DNA from: Synechococcus sp.
Lineage (GTDB): Bacteria; Cyanobacteriota; Cyanobacteriia; PCC-6307; Cyanobiaceae
Assembly (NCBI GenBank): GCA_047285535.1
Contig: JBJBDC010000001.1
Span: 224,136-288,135, forward strand
Reading direction: 5' to 3'
DNA: 64,000 nt
The notes below the pieces were generated by a model. The model saw nothing but the letters and a program-made list of their open reading frames with translations, was not told the DNA's origin and did not search any database. Each line of letters begins with the position of its first letter. Within the stretch, counting starts at the first letter, position 1. The position numbers and the translations under genes were made by a program. Shown piece after piece: positions 53,329-63,312 of this stretch.

Positions 53329-53880
53329 ATGCTGGATTTCACTTTGGCCCTCGTAGGTGCTGGACCGCTTCCTGAGCTCTCCATGCGGAGGTCTGCTCAA
53401 CAGCTTGCCAACGGTTTGTCGAGCGAGTTGATTGAATTGAATTGTGGTTCTGAACCAAACCTGGCCTTTCAGGCATTGGTTTCTGAACAGCTTTCGCTCA
53501 ACCGCCCCACTCTTCTTCGGTTGAGTGGTGATGCGGCCATGGTTCAAGGATCCTCAGGAAGCTGGCTTGAGACTCTCGCCGCTTGGCGTTGCCCTGTGTT
53601 GCTGTTCACTCAGCCCAACTCGGCGGGTTTGATTCCTGGAATGGCACCTGCCTCGGTGGCCCTCTGTCACACCCTTGGTATTCATTTGATGGGCTTGGCA
53701 CAACTGGGTGGTGACTGGGATCTGGCGGCGCGCAAAATGGATGGCTTGCCCTGGTGTGGCCTCATGGACCCGAACGATCAAGGTGGGGAAGCGACTGATG
53801 AATTGATCTGTTCAGTCCGGCATCGTTGGCGGTCTATGCATTCTGGGATCAGTTCTGAACTGGCCAGATCGGAAGGCTGA
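53329..53880 (+). CDS. conserved hypothetical protein
   Basis: 183 aa ATG ORF divergent from prs; WLETLAAWRCP, DGLPWCG. Confidence 0.7.
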   Translation: MLDFTLALVGAGPLPELSMRRSAQQLANGLSSELIELNCGSEPNLAFQALVSEQLSLNRPTLLRLSGDAAMVQGSSGSWLETLAAWRCPVLLFTQPNSAGLIPGMAPASVALCHTLGIHLMGLAQLGGDWDLAARKMDGLPWCGLMDPNDQGGEATDELICSVRHRWRSMHSGISSELARSEG

Positions 53881-54826
53881 GATCGGGTTTTAATTCACGC
53901 AGCATCTGTTGTCCTGCACGAGGTGCCAGGGGAAGTTGCGTGATGATTGGTGGAGATGGATCACTCATGGCTGCAGCAATCAGGCTCAGCATTTCTCTTC
54001 TGCTGAGGTCTGTTGAGACCTGATCGGAGAACACATTGAGTAGTGCGGGCACGACAGACATGGCATTGATTTCACCTAATTGCTGATGAAGGCCTTCGAG
54101 CAGCACGCTCTGTCTCACTCTTCGTTGTCGGTCATTGTTGGCATTCGGTCTGTAACGCGCGAGTTGTTCTGCCTGAGCACCGTTGAGTACTTGGAGGCCA
54201 GCCTGAAGATTCACGCTGTAGTTCTGGGATTTGTCTTCGTATTGATAGGTTTGGTTCAGATTGACTTCGATGTCGCCAAGACCTTCCACAAGATTGCGCA
54301 AGGCCTGTCTTGATACCACTATGTAGCGGTCTGGCTTGTTCTGAGGAAGGCCTATCAGCTCCCCAATCACATCAGAGGTGAGTGCAATCCCACCGACTTG
54401 CCAGGCTTTCGAGAGAGGTTGGATCGTTTCGATCCCTGGTAGGTGAACCGCTAGTTCTGTCGGCAACTGAAGAATTTGGATGGGCTGTTTCGCACTGATC
54501 TCAACGAGCATCAAACTGTCAGCGTTGGCAGGTCCGATGGGGGCTGCTTGATTCAAAGACGAGTGGATTTCGTCGCTGTCTAGGCCGACAACTAACACCA
54601 TCACCGGACTGCCAGGCAACGGAGCAAGGCTTGATGAATCCTCACCAGAGGGCACATCAGCCCCAACAGGGTCTGGTTTGGGCCAGACCACTGACAGGGC
54701 TGTGCCTGTCACCGCAATACCCAGGACAGCAGCGCCGATACGTAACAGGCTTCTTTTTGGGTGGTCTCCCAGCCAGCGCGTGATCCGCTTTTGGTGCGAG
54801 CCCTCACTTTGCGCTGGATCACCCAT
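53849..54826 (-). CDS. LCP (LytR-CpsA-Psr) family protein
   Basis: N-terminal TM, LVVGLD, ADSLML, LVEGLG.IEV, G.Q.LNG.QA...ARYR, D..R..RQ. Confidence 0.85.
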   Translation of the reverse strand: MGDPAQSEGSHQKRITRWLGDHPKRSLLRIGAAVLGIAVTGTALSVVWPKPDPVGADVPSGEDSSSLAPLPGSPVMVLVVGLDSDEIHSSLNQAAPIGPANADSLMLVEISAKQPIQILQLPTELAVHLPGIETIQPLSKAWQVGGIALTSDVIGELIGLPQNKPDRYIVVSRQALRNLVEGLGDIEVNLNQTYQYEDKSQNYSVNLQAGLQVLNGAQAEQLARYRPNANNDRQRRVRQSVLLEGLHQQLGEINAMSVVPALLNVFSDQVSTDLSRREMLSLIAAAMSDPSPPIITQLPLAPRAGQQMLRELKPDLSLPIWPVQN

Positions 54827-55153
54827 CCGTCATGTTCTGATGATTGATTCGACAGTCTTGCTCAATCTGGGCGAATTGGAAGTACCCACCCCCTTTGAGC
54901 CGAGGCCAATGGGACCTGAGCCTGGAACAAGTGATGTTTTGGCATGCTCCGTTATGAGGATGCCAAGAGGCTGGGTAGAGGTTCAATCAGTTTTGAGCAT
55001 TGAGATGAATCTGCTGATGAGATTCATCTTGAGTGAAGATAAGAGATAAGCGAATCTCTGCGTTGATTTTATTGGTTTGAAGGCATTGGCTAGACGCTTT
55101 GAATTGAGATGATTTAACTCATGATTCCAGCTCAATGATCTCAACCGCTTGAT

Positions 55154-56242
55154 TCAAAAAAGAGCAGCATCTCCTAATTCTTGTCCAGCCATTCCTTCTC
55201 TTAATACACGTGCAAAAAACTGCTCAAGTGTGTCATTCCCGAAGGATGGTGTTGCCTCTGGGTCGTAGCAGCCTTGCTTCTCATCCCAGACCAGCATTGA
55301 TTCAGTGGCGTAATAACACCCGATTCGGGCAAATTCGCTTGTGTCTTCAATGGATGGTAAAAACCTTGCAACTTGTTCTAGAAGCATAGTTGGGGCATTC
55401 ATGACGGCAATGGGAAGTGAGATCATTCTCGGTGAACGTCCTAGGGCTTTGAAGATCATTTCGCCTTGCTCTCTTGCACTGAGGGCCGGACCCGGCCCAC
55501 CAATGGGTAAGACTTGATTGATCTTATCGGTTTGGTGTATGCAATTAACTAAGAAACAAGCGAGATCTTTTTCACTGATTGGCTTGCAACTTGTTAGCTC
55601 TCCATTGCCAAACATCACATAGGGTGCACCTTTTCGACAGGTCTCGAATTGGGCGGCAAGACTTTTAAAGAAGGCTGTTGGACGTACAATTGTATGGGTG
55701 ATTTCGGTGTCTTGCTGAAGCACCATTTCAAATGCAAGCTTTGCTTTTTGAAATTCAAGGGTCGGTTTTTGTACACAGATTGCTGACAGCATCACGTAAT
55801 GCGCCATGCCAGCTTTGCGCCCCTCTTGGTAAGTCTTTAGGTTGGCTGCATGATCGATCGCCCATGAATCCTTCTTGCCACCGGTTCTCGATGCCAGGCA
55901 AGAAATGACGACGTCGGTGGGTTCATCGAAGGCATGGGTTGCGAGTGAAATTGGATTGGTGACATCACCAAATCTCACCTCAGCGCCAGGGAAATCAGCG
56001 ACCACGTCTTCTCGACCTTGACGACCACCGATGCCACTGGCTTCGCGAGCGAAGGCCATGACCTGATATCCGCGTTGAACAAGTTCTTTGACCACGAATC
56101 TCCCTATGTACCCAGTGGCGCCGAAAACGGCCACCCTTACTTGATCTGGCGAACGTTGTCGAAAATCATGGCGAGGTAAGAGAGGGGGGGACACTTGCTT
56201 GAACGATCGATCTCGAGCAACGCTAAGGCGCTCATCGTCCAT
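55154..56242 (-). CDS. dvr: 3,8-divinyl (proto)chlorophyllide 8-vinyl reductase, NADPH type
   Basis: GATGYIG, SCLASRTGG, LSAICVQKP.LEFQ.AKL, RPTAFFKS, ARIG.YYATESM. Confidence 0.88.
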   Translation of the reverse strand: MDDERLSVARDRSFKQVSPPLLPRHDFRQRSPDQVRVAVFGATGYIGRFVVKELVQRGYQVMAFAREASGIGGRQGREDVVADFPGAEVRFGDVTNPISLATHAFDEPTDVVISCLASRTGGKKDSWAIDHAANLKTYQEGRKAGMAHYVMLSAICVQKPTLEFQKAKLAFEMVLQQDTEITHTIVRPTAFFKSLAAQFETCRKGAPYVMFGNGELTSCKPISEKDLACFLVNCIHQTDKINQVLPIGGPGPALSAREQGEMIFKALGRSPRMISLPIAVMNAPTMLLEQVARFLPSIEDTSEFARIGCYYATESMLVWDEKQGCYDPEATPSFGNDTLEQFFARVLREGMAGQELGDAALF

Positions 56243-56388
56243 TCACAAACCAGTTTTGGTAGCTGCTCTCAGTGATCGCAGTGAACTGGAAGAATGAGTT
56301 CGTGTCTTTGGAAAGACGCTTCTTAAGATCACGAGGGTCGACGATTCACTCTCCCTCGACCGTCTGGCTACCCGAATGATTTGCTTCG

Positions 56389-57915
56389 ATGGTTAAGCGC
56401 TCAAGGAGTGAAAGGGATCGGAGGGTGGGTGTCCTTCTGCATCCCACGGCTTTGCCGGATTCACCAGTTTGCGGCAGCTTCGGCCGGCCAGCCCGAGAAT
56501 GGTTGAAGGCTCTTGCGAGCAATGGCTTGCTTGTTTGGCAGATTTTGCCCCTTGCTCCGCCTGATGGCACCGGATCGCCTTACAGCTCACCCTCGAGTTT
56601 TGCTCTGAATCCCTGGCTGCTGGATGCGGCTGATTTGGCGACGGAGATGTTCCTGACGGACAGTGATCTAGAAACGCTTCCTGGGGCTGCACAGACTGCC
56701 AACAACAGTTCTGTTGTGGATTTTTCTCTGGCTGATGAGCGTGTCAGGGCACTGGCACGGGTGCTGGCAGCCCATTGGCCTCAGCAATCTTCAAAGCGGA
56801 AACAACAATTTGAGCGTTGGAGGGTCGACCAAGCGGACTGGCTCATAGACCACGTGAGTTTTGTTGTCCTCCGTGATCAACACGACGGACTGCCTTGGTG
56901 GTCTTGGCCCCATGAGCTGGCTGTGCAGCAACCTGCTGCCTTGGCTCAGTGGAGGCTTAAGCATCGTGATGCCTTGCTGGAGCAGGAACTTCTTCAATGG
57001 CATCTCGATCGTCAGTGGCAACGTCTGAGAGTTCAAGCTCGGGACTTAAATGTCGAGATCCTTGGAGATCTGCCTTTTTATGTCGCGAGAGATAGCGCTG
57101 ATGTTTGGAGTAATCGATCGCTATTTTCGATTGCGGCCGATGGACGCTTACGGCTTCAGAGTGGAGTGCCACCCGATTATTTTTCAGAGACTGGTCAGCT
57201 TTGGGGGACGCCTGTTTACAACTGGGTGCGACATAAACGTACGGGCTTCCGTTGGTGGCGCAATCGTTTGAAGCGGCAATGGAGGCTTGCTGATCGTTTG
57301 CGATTGGATCATTTTCGAGCTCTTGCTGGCTTCTGGGCGGTCCCTGGTGATGACGATACGGCTCAAAATGGTGAGTGGCGGCGCTCACCTGGTCATGAGT
57401 TGTTGCAGCGTCTTCGTCGAGATGCAGGAGGAAAGCTTCCCATCGTTGCCGAAGATCTGGGTGTGATCACTCCAGATGTGGAGCGTTTGCGTCATCGTTT
57501 TCGCTTGCCAGGAATGAAGGTTCTTCAGTTTGCCTTTGATGGCAATCCCTCCAACCCCTACGTGCCACACAACATCAAAGGGAGTCATTGGGTGGTTTAC
57601 ACCGGTACCCATGACAATCCCACCACCATCGGTTGGTGGCAGCGGTTGGATCAAGCATCCAAGCACCAGGTAGGAGAGCTTGTCGGGTGTGAGGTTGAGG
57701 CACCCGGGTGGCAGCTGTTAGAGCTGGGCATGGCGACGTCTGCTGCACTCGTGGTGTCGCCGTTGCAGGATTTGTTGCATCTTGATGACAAAGCCCGATT
57801 CAATACCCCAGGAACCGTTGGTGGGAACTGGTGTTGGAGGATGCCCACTTTTGATGAGAGGGTGCTAGGTGCCCTTAAGGGTTATGGCGAAAGGGCTGCC
57901 GCCTGGGACAGGTGA
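56389..57915 (+). CDS. malQ: 4-alpha-glucanotransferase (GH77)
   Basis: GVLLHPTAL, GDLPFYV, GVPPDYFS..GQLWG, RLDHFR, AEDLG, YTGTHDN. Confidence 0.95.
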   Translation: MVKRSRSERDRRVGVLLHPTALPDSPVCGSFGRPAREWLKALASNGLLVWQILPLAPPDGTGSPYSSPSSFALNPWLLDAADLATEMFLTDSDLETLPGAAQTANNSSVVDFSLADERVRALARVLAAHWPQQSSKRKQQFERWRVDQADWLIDHVSFVVLRDQHDGLPWWSWPHELAVQQPAALAQWRLKHRDALLEQELLQWHLDRQWQRLRVQARDLNVEILGDLPFYVARDSADVWSNRSLFSIAADGRLRLQSGVPPDYFSETGQLWGTPVYNWVRHKRTGFRWWRNRLKRQWRLADRLRLDHFRALAGFWAVPGDDDTAQNGEWRRSPGHELLQRLRRDAGGKLPIVAEDLGVITPDVERLRHRFRLPGMKVLQFAFDGNPSNPYVPHNIKGSHWVVYTGTHDNPTTIGWWQRLDQASKHQVGELVGCEVEAPGWQLLELGMATSAALVVSPLQDLLHLDDKARFNTPGTVGGNWCWRMPTFDERVLGALKGYGERAAAWDR

Positions 57916-58730
57916 TAGCTTCCCGGTTGATTGGTTTGCGACGTTAAGGGTTGGCCGTTCCAGCGCACGGAATCCTTTGGGCTTGGAGCAGGGGTGATCT
58001 TGAGGTCGAGTGGAGGTACTAGCTGTAATGTCAGCGTTCCTTTGGTTCCCTGGAGATTTGTTCGATCGCCCCCTTCACTGCTAAGGCTGATCTGGCGTGG
58101 TTCGTTCAGGTTGAGGGTCAGGACACCGGGTTCCTTGTGTTGATCGAAGGGGGGGGTGAGCTCTTCAGGATTGCTGGCCATGAACTCCTTCAGCGGACGC
58201 AATCCTTGCAAAATCTCATCGGAATCCAAGGGAGTGCTCACAGGGATAGGACTCGGTGAAAATGCGCTGTGCTGCAAAAGATGTTGCTGCTGCTTGTTGA
58301 GGGCAAGAATCGAGCCGAGCATGACAACGCCATACACCACGCTCCCTTGCCATGTGGTGAAGATGTCGATGCTGCCAAGGGTGAAGCGAGTGCTTCGCCC
58401 CTGGGATACCAATCGATTGGCATTCGTTCGATTGGGTAGGGCAGATGCCAAGCTTTCGTTCGGCAGGTCGAAATAGCGTTCCAAGCGCTCCAGCATCGCA
58501 ACTAAGTAGGCGGGCTCGGGCAGGCGGTCTTGCCAGCCGCGTTCAAGAGCTTCCAGCACAGGCGTGGTGATCCTCACCTGAGTTGAGAGGTCCCGCATGC
58601 TGAGTCCTCTTTGCTCCCGATGTTTTCGCAGCAGTTCGCCTGCTTCATTGAGAGAGTTGTTGTTGCTCTCAAGAGTAGTTGGAGCAACTTTCTTGGTTTT
58701 GTTGCGTCGCCAAGGGAGTGAGATTTTCAT
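57882..58730 (-). CDS. RodZ-like HTH membrane protein
   Basis: GELLRKHREQRGLS, LEALERG...LPE HTH_25 pattern, single TM. Confidence 0.75.
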   Translation of the reverse strand: MKISLPWRRNKTKKVAPTTLESNNNSLNEAGELLRKHREQRGLSMRDLSTQVRITTPVLEALERGWQDRLPEPAYLVAMLERLERYFDLPNESLASALPNRTNANRLVSQGRSTRFTLGSIDIFTTWQGSVVYGVVMLGSILALNKQQQHLLQHSAFSPSPIPVSTPLDSDEILQGLRPLKEFMASNPEELTPPFDQHKEPGVLTLNLNEPRQISLSSEGGDRTNLQGTKGTLTLQLVPPLDLKITPAPSPKDSVRWNGQPLTSQTNQPGSYHLSQAAALSP

Positions 58731-58743
58731 CGCGTCGATGCCA

Positions 58744-59478
58744 TTAAGAGGGGCACTCGTTTGGTTCCTGACGGATGGAATTCCATTCTGAACGTGTCAA
58801 CTCGCGCCAGCTTCCCTCTGGCAAGGAACCGAGATCAATGGAAGAAATAGCGGTTCGTTGAAGATCAAGCACGGGGTGCCCCAGAGCCTCTGCCACTCTG
58901 CGGATTTGGCGATTCCTGCCCTCTCTGAGGATCACCTTTAAAAGGGATTGATTCCGATTTTGTTTGATCAGAAAGACCTCCGTCGGTTGTGTGGGAATGC
59001 CATCCAGTTCCACTCCGTTGCTCCAACGATTCAGCGTCGTTGCTGTGGGCCTTCCCCTCACCTGAACCTTGTAGGTCTTTTGATGGGCGTAGCGGGGATG
59101 GGTGAGCTGCAGAGTAATGGCTCCTTGATTGGTGAGAAGAAGGGCACCTCGGCTATCACTATCCAACCGACCAATGGGGTGGAGCCCTCGTCTTAGGGGC
59201 TCCGGAATCAGGTCCAGCACAGTCTTGCGTCCATGCGGGTCACTGCAGCTGCTTATGACACCAGGGGGTTTATTGAGCAGGATCAGCCTGGGGCTGGATG
59301 GTTGAGATAACGGGCTGCCATCTACATCAATTCGGTCGACGATGGGATCTGCCTGATCGCCAACCGTAGCTGTGATCTGATTGACTTTGACCCTTCCTTC
59401 GCGCAGCAGGACCTCAGCATGTCGCCGAGAGCAGATCCCTGCAGCAGCGATCAGTTTCTGCAGTCTTTGGCGGGTCAA
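58744..59478 (-). CDS. RsuA/RluB-family pseudouridine synthase
   Basis: RLQKLIA.AG.CSRR S4 domain, GRLD, LLLTNQG, EGRNRQIRR. Confidence 0.92.
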   Translation of the reverse strand: MTRQRLQKLIAAAGICSRRHAEVLLREGRVKVNQITATVGDQADPIVDRIDVDGSPLSQPSSPRLILLNKPPGVISSCSDPHGRKTVLDLIPEPLRRGLHPIGRLDSDSRGALLLTNQGAITLQLTHPRYAHQKTYKVQVRGRPTATTLNRWSNGVELDGIPTQPTEVFLIKQNRNQSLLKVILREGRNRQIRRVAEALGHPVLDLQRTAISSIDLGSLPEGSWRELTRSEWNSIRQEPNECPS

Positions 59479-59830
59479 CTGTTCATTCCTTGAAAACGAT
59501 CAGAGGTCACCTTTGGGTTGATGTTGATCCATGCAAGCACCGAGATATTCCTCAGCACCCCTGTCCAAGTCAAGTATTTGGCGTTTTGATCTCTTTTGCC
59601 GTGGACAAGAGAATGGACAAGGGGTTCATCTTCCCTATCAACCGACAAGAGCAAAAAATCTTTTCCGAACACATGCAGGGACGCGCCAAGCATCACCGCA
59701 GCTCTCCCTGGATCATGTCCTGCGATGGCTTCGACGCTGCGTGCAAGCTCCAGATGCTCAGCCAAAGGTCAGATGTCAATTGCTGCGTCATAGCCCAGGA
59801 CTAGGTTATTCAGGCCTGAACTGACTTTCC
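59475..59830 (-). pseudogene. possible disrupted hypothetical gene
   Basis: Frame continues upstream of the TTG ORF through one TGA (GYDAAIDI*PLAEHLE). Confidence 0.3.
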
Positions 59831-59896
59831 ATACGCAAGAGAGTCTCGGCCTCTTTCCGGAGGATCAGGCAAATGGTTGATTTCAGCGGATGGCGA

Positions 59897-60271
59897 ATGA
59901 GCCCTGCCGCGCTGCTGACCTTGGTCGCAGCCGCCCCTGTGGCGGCCATGCCGGTGGTCACGATCAGCAGTTGTTATGACGGTGATACATGCCGAACGAG
60001 TACAGGCGAAAAGATCAGGCTGGCCTGTATCGATACTCCAGAGCTACAGGGTAAGCGTGCTGATCCACTGCCAGCTAGGGCGGCCCGTGATGACCTGCGA
60101 GCCCTAGTTGTCGGTCAGGATGTTGGCATCAGGCGCATGACCAAAGACAGATATGGGCGAACGGTTGCAGAGTTATTTGTGAATGGTTCCAACGTTCAGC
60201 AGCGGCTCGTGGCAGCCAGACATGCTCAGATCTATTGGCCTTACTCCAGCCAATGTCCTTGGACCCGTTGA
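59897..60271 (+). CDS. secreted thermonuclease (SNase family)
   Basis: YDGDT, IRLACIDTPE, DRYGRTVA; signal peptide. Confidence 0.9.
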   Translation: MSPAALLTLVAAAPVAAMPVVTISSCYDGDTCRTSTGEKIRLACIDTPELQGKRADPLPARAARDDLRALVVGQDVGIRRMTKDRYGRTVAELFVNGSNVQQRLVAARHAQIYWPYSSQCPWTR

Positions 60272-60290
60272 ATTACACCCTCTAACAACA

Positions 60291-60620
60291 ATGATCCGCA
60301 CCGCACTCACTGCCGCAGCTCTCGCCATCGGCGCACTGGCTGCACCCGCTCAAGCTGACACCGTCAGGGGTGCTCTCTGTGAGCTGTCACGCCATGACGA
60401 CTCCATCCCAATGGAAGACTTCACCTGCTCCATCACTCAACTGCAGGGCAACGTCTACGTGGATTCAACGCGCTGGGCGTTCAAGTTCCCCGCCGCTGAG
60501 CAGGGCAAGACCTATGAGCGCCAGAACACCGAAGACTTCAAGCGCTTCACCCGCGAAGGGCAATACACACTGACCGTCTTCGAATCGGGCAAGAAGCCGA
60601 ACGAGCCCGGCGGCTGGTGA
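60291..60620 (+). CDS. secreted hypothetical protein
   Basis: MIRTALTAAALAIGALAAPAQA signal; two Cys; strong C/G third-position bias. Confidence 0.8.
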   Translation: MIRTALTAAALAIGALAAPAQADTVRGALCELSRHDDSIPMEDFTCSITQLQGNVYVDSTRWAFKFPAAEQGKTYERQNTEDFKRFTREGQYTLTVFESGKKPNEPGGW

Positions 60621-60807
60621 TCGCCATTTGTTGGGCGGGCTGCACGCGCTTTGGATTCATGTTTCGACTAAAGCTCAGTTATGCGCAGCTTGTAGGTCGT
60701 CATCTCCGGTCGACGAAGTCGACGAAAGCGACTGGCCTGGACAGCATTCGGCCAGCTTTTCGTCAGACGGACGGCCATCATGATTCGACGCCTCTTGCTG
60801 GTCCTGA

Positions 60808-61290
60808 TCAGAGGGCTTCTACGTTGATAAACGGCTGATCGTTCCCTTTGGGTCGCCATTCCAGCAACCATCCTTCGGGGAGATCGATCTGCACGGTTTC
60901 TCCTCGCCAAGGGATGGTGGTGGGTCGCCCATCGTTCAGTACAAGCCGTATTCGTTCAATAGGGTGGTCCGGACAGTACATAAGTGTGCTGATGATGCCC
61001 CCCGGTTGTCTGTTATTCATCAGTTTCCATACCATTTCCTCCTGGCTGCCGGTCGGTTCTGGCTGCAATTGTCCAACGATCCCCATGCGGTTGCAGTCAC
61101 GCTCCACCATGGTGCTGACGCGTACTTCAATGTCGGATCGCGCCTCGATCCGATGACGTTGCAGTGGGGGCCATTCAGCAGGATTTCCGCTGCGCTGGGG
61201 TTCAGCCCGTGCCCCCATCACGGGGCCAACCAAGGGCAGAAGCGCTAGGCCGGCGGCGACCATCACACGTCGCGAAATGGGGATTACCAC
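60808..61290 (-). CDS. ecotin-family serine protease inhibitor
   Basis: Signal peptide, DCN, reactive loop ISTLMYCPD, C-terminal LPEG. Confidence 0.75.
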   Translation of the reverse strand: MVIPISRRVMVAAGLALLPLVGPVMGARAEPQRSGNPAEWPPLQRHRIEARSDIEVRVSTMVERDCNRMGIVGQLQPEPTGSQEEMVWKLMNNRQPGGIISTLMYCPDHPIERIRLVLNDGRPTTIPWRGETVQIDLPEGWLLEWRPKGNDQPFINVEAL

Positions 61291-61364
61291 GATCAGTGTC
61301 AGCGAGGTGATGGAGTTATCTTCATCGTCAGCTCAGCCGCGCGGGTTGATCTGGATCATGGCAA

Positions 61365-61625
61365 TCAGTGCCATTGCTTACAGGGCGTCTGGAACCAGAC
61401 GTGACACTCCCACTGTTTTACAACGGTGAATTCCAGTTCTGTCGTGCTTTTGCGTTGCGCAGTGAGTTGGCGGCCGGCATTCCAGACCTGTGGATTGTGG
61501 AAGGTCGTCAGGCATCTCGGCTGCGCCTGCCTAGGGATAGACCGACAAAATGAAGGGATTGTTGTCGGAACTAGCCCAGGAGAGGCGATCCCGCAGGAAC
61601 AGAACCGTTCTTCTCCTGCTCTCAT
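61365..61625 (-). pseudogene. possible frameshifted DUF1651-like gene
   Basis: Fragments VLFLRDRLSW, EMPDDLP, ARQNWNS lie in different frames. Confidence 0.3.
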
Positions 61626-61829
61626 GCTTCTGCTTTGAGCAGATCTGGACAGGTGTCGCTCATAGGGCAGTCGCGTTAACGATCCATCAGCGAGGCAGTG
61701 CAGGCAGACATTGGAGATCACAGGAAGGATTTTGATTGCAGCGGTATGTCCAAGAGATTGAGGGCTATCAACATGAAGAAAACCAAAAAAAGTGGTAGGT
61801 TTGGAAACATGCATGTTTCGTAATTCCTG

Positions 61830-62795
61830 ATGGCGCCCTTGGCTCTGCTTCCTGATGCGGACCTTGTGCGTTCGTATTTGCGTGATATTGGCCGAGTGCC
61901 GTTGTTGAGCCATCAACAGGAAATCACGCTGGGTCGCCAGGTGCAGGAGTTGATGGAACTTGAGTTGTTAGAAGCGGAATTGAAGGATCAATGTGGGGGT
62001 GAGGAGGTGCCACGAGAGGTGGTGGCCAAAGCTGCTGGAGTGAGTGCAGCGCAACTGAAGCGAAAACTGCAAGTGGGTCGACGTGCGAAAGAGCGGATGG
62101 TGGCGGCGAACCTGAGGCTGGTGGTGAGCGTGGCTAAGAAATACACGAAGAGAAATATGGAGCTGCTGGATTTAATCCAGGAGGGAACCATTGGTTTAGT
62201 GCGTGGTGTGGAGAAATTTGACCCCACGCGTGGGTACAAATTCAGCACCTATGCGTATTGGTGGATTCGTCAGGGAATCACGCGTGCGATTGCGGAGAAG
62301 AGCCGAACGATTCGCTTGCCGATTCACATCACAGAGATGTTGAACAAGCTGAAGAAAGGACAGCGTGAATTGAGTCAGGAGCTGGGACGAACACCATCGG
62401 TGACGGAACTGGCGTCGTTTGTGGAACTTCCAGAAGAGGAGGTGAAAGAACTGATGTGCCGTGCGCGCCAGCCGGTGAGTTTGGAGATGAAGGTGGGTGA
62501 TGGAGACGACACGGAATTGTTGGAGTTGCTGTCAGGAGATGCAGCACTGCCGTCGGAACAGGTGGAAGGGGAATGCTTAAAGGGAGATCTGGGAGATCTG
62601 TTGTGTCAGCTGCCTGAGTTGCAAGGGAAAGTGCTGCGGATGCGTTACGGGATGGACGGCGAGGAGCCGATGAGCCTCACAGGAATTGCCAAATCTATGA
62701 AAATGAGTCGTGATCGAACGCGAAGGCTTGAGCGCGAAGGCTTGGAGATGTTGCGCCGTGTGGATACACAGCTGCAGGCCTACATCTTGGCTTAA
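61830..62795 (+). CDS. group 2 RpoD-like sigma-70 factor
   Basis: DLVRSYLRDIGRVPLL, ANLRLVVSVAKKY, DLIQEG, KFSTYAYWWIRQ; lacks region 1.1. Confidence 0.93.
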   Translation: MAPLALLPDADLVRSYLRDIGRVPLLSHQQEITLGRQVQELMELELLEAELKDQCGGEEVPREVVAKAAGVSAAQLKRKLQVGRRAKERMVAANLRLVVSVAKKYTKRNMELLDLIQEGTIGLVRGVEKFDPTRGYKFSTYAYWWIRQGITRAIAEKSRTIRLPIHITEMLNKLKKGQRELSQELGRTPSVTELASFVELPEEEVKELMCRARQPVSLEMKVGDGDDTELLELLSGDAALPSEQVEGECLKGDLGDLLCQLPELQGKVLRMRYGMDGEEPMSLTGIAKSMKMSRDRTRRLEREGLEMLRRVDTQLQAYILA

Positions 62796-63271
62796 AAGAA
62801 TTCGTCGAAGTTGTCAAAATCAACAGCTTTGAAATTACCTGACTCAACTTGAATCATTAACCGCTCGAGTTGTACCCATAGAGCTCCTCCAGTGAGCAGC
62901 GAAAGAAGCATGGCAACCAAATATCCAGCACCAGAAGCGAAGCCGAAGACTTGAAGAGATCCACCAATGAACAAGGTGATGCCTAGGAGTACTCCTGCAT
63001 AGCTCATCGTGGTTTCAGTTGTGCCAAGTGGCAACATCGCCAGTCTGTCTTGCTTCCAGCCCTCTAGGCGCATCTGTACGAGTCGTGAAAATGTGAGTCC
63101 GCACAAAACACCTATGGCCAGACCTAGACCTGCCATCAGATAGGGCGGTTGGCTCATAGGAATGGACTCAATCAAAATTTCACTGGGATCGAGATCCCCA
63201 AAAAATTGACTGAGGGCATCAAGGTCTGCTTGGTCCAGCTCGATTGGCATGAGTTCAGCGGCTAATCCCAT
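62792..63271 (-). CDS. conserved membrane protein
   Basis: Three TM segments after PPYL; acidic tail; start uncertain. Confidence 0.75.
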   Translation of the reverse strand: MGLAAELMPIELDQADLDALSQFFGDLDPSEILIESIPMSQPPYLMAGLGLAIGVLCGLTFSRLVQMRLEGWKQDRLAMLPLGTTETTMSYAGVLLGITLFIGGSLQVFGFASGAGYLVAMLLSLLTGGALWVQLERLMIQVESGNFKAVDFDNFDEFF

Positions 63272-63312
63272 AACGATGAGGTACCTGGTGATGTGGAAAC
63301 GTTGGTGGGACC

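Noticed and set aside
53233..53547. 105 aa N-terminal extension of prs
   Set aside because: Overlaps the divergent gene at 53329; GTG 53232 gives a normal-length protein
55003..55029. 10 bp inverted repeat AGATGAATCT/AGATTCATCT
   Set aside because: Simply explained as a 3' hairpin downstream of dvr
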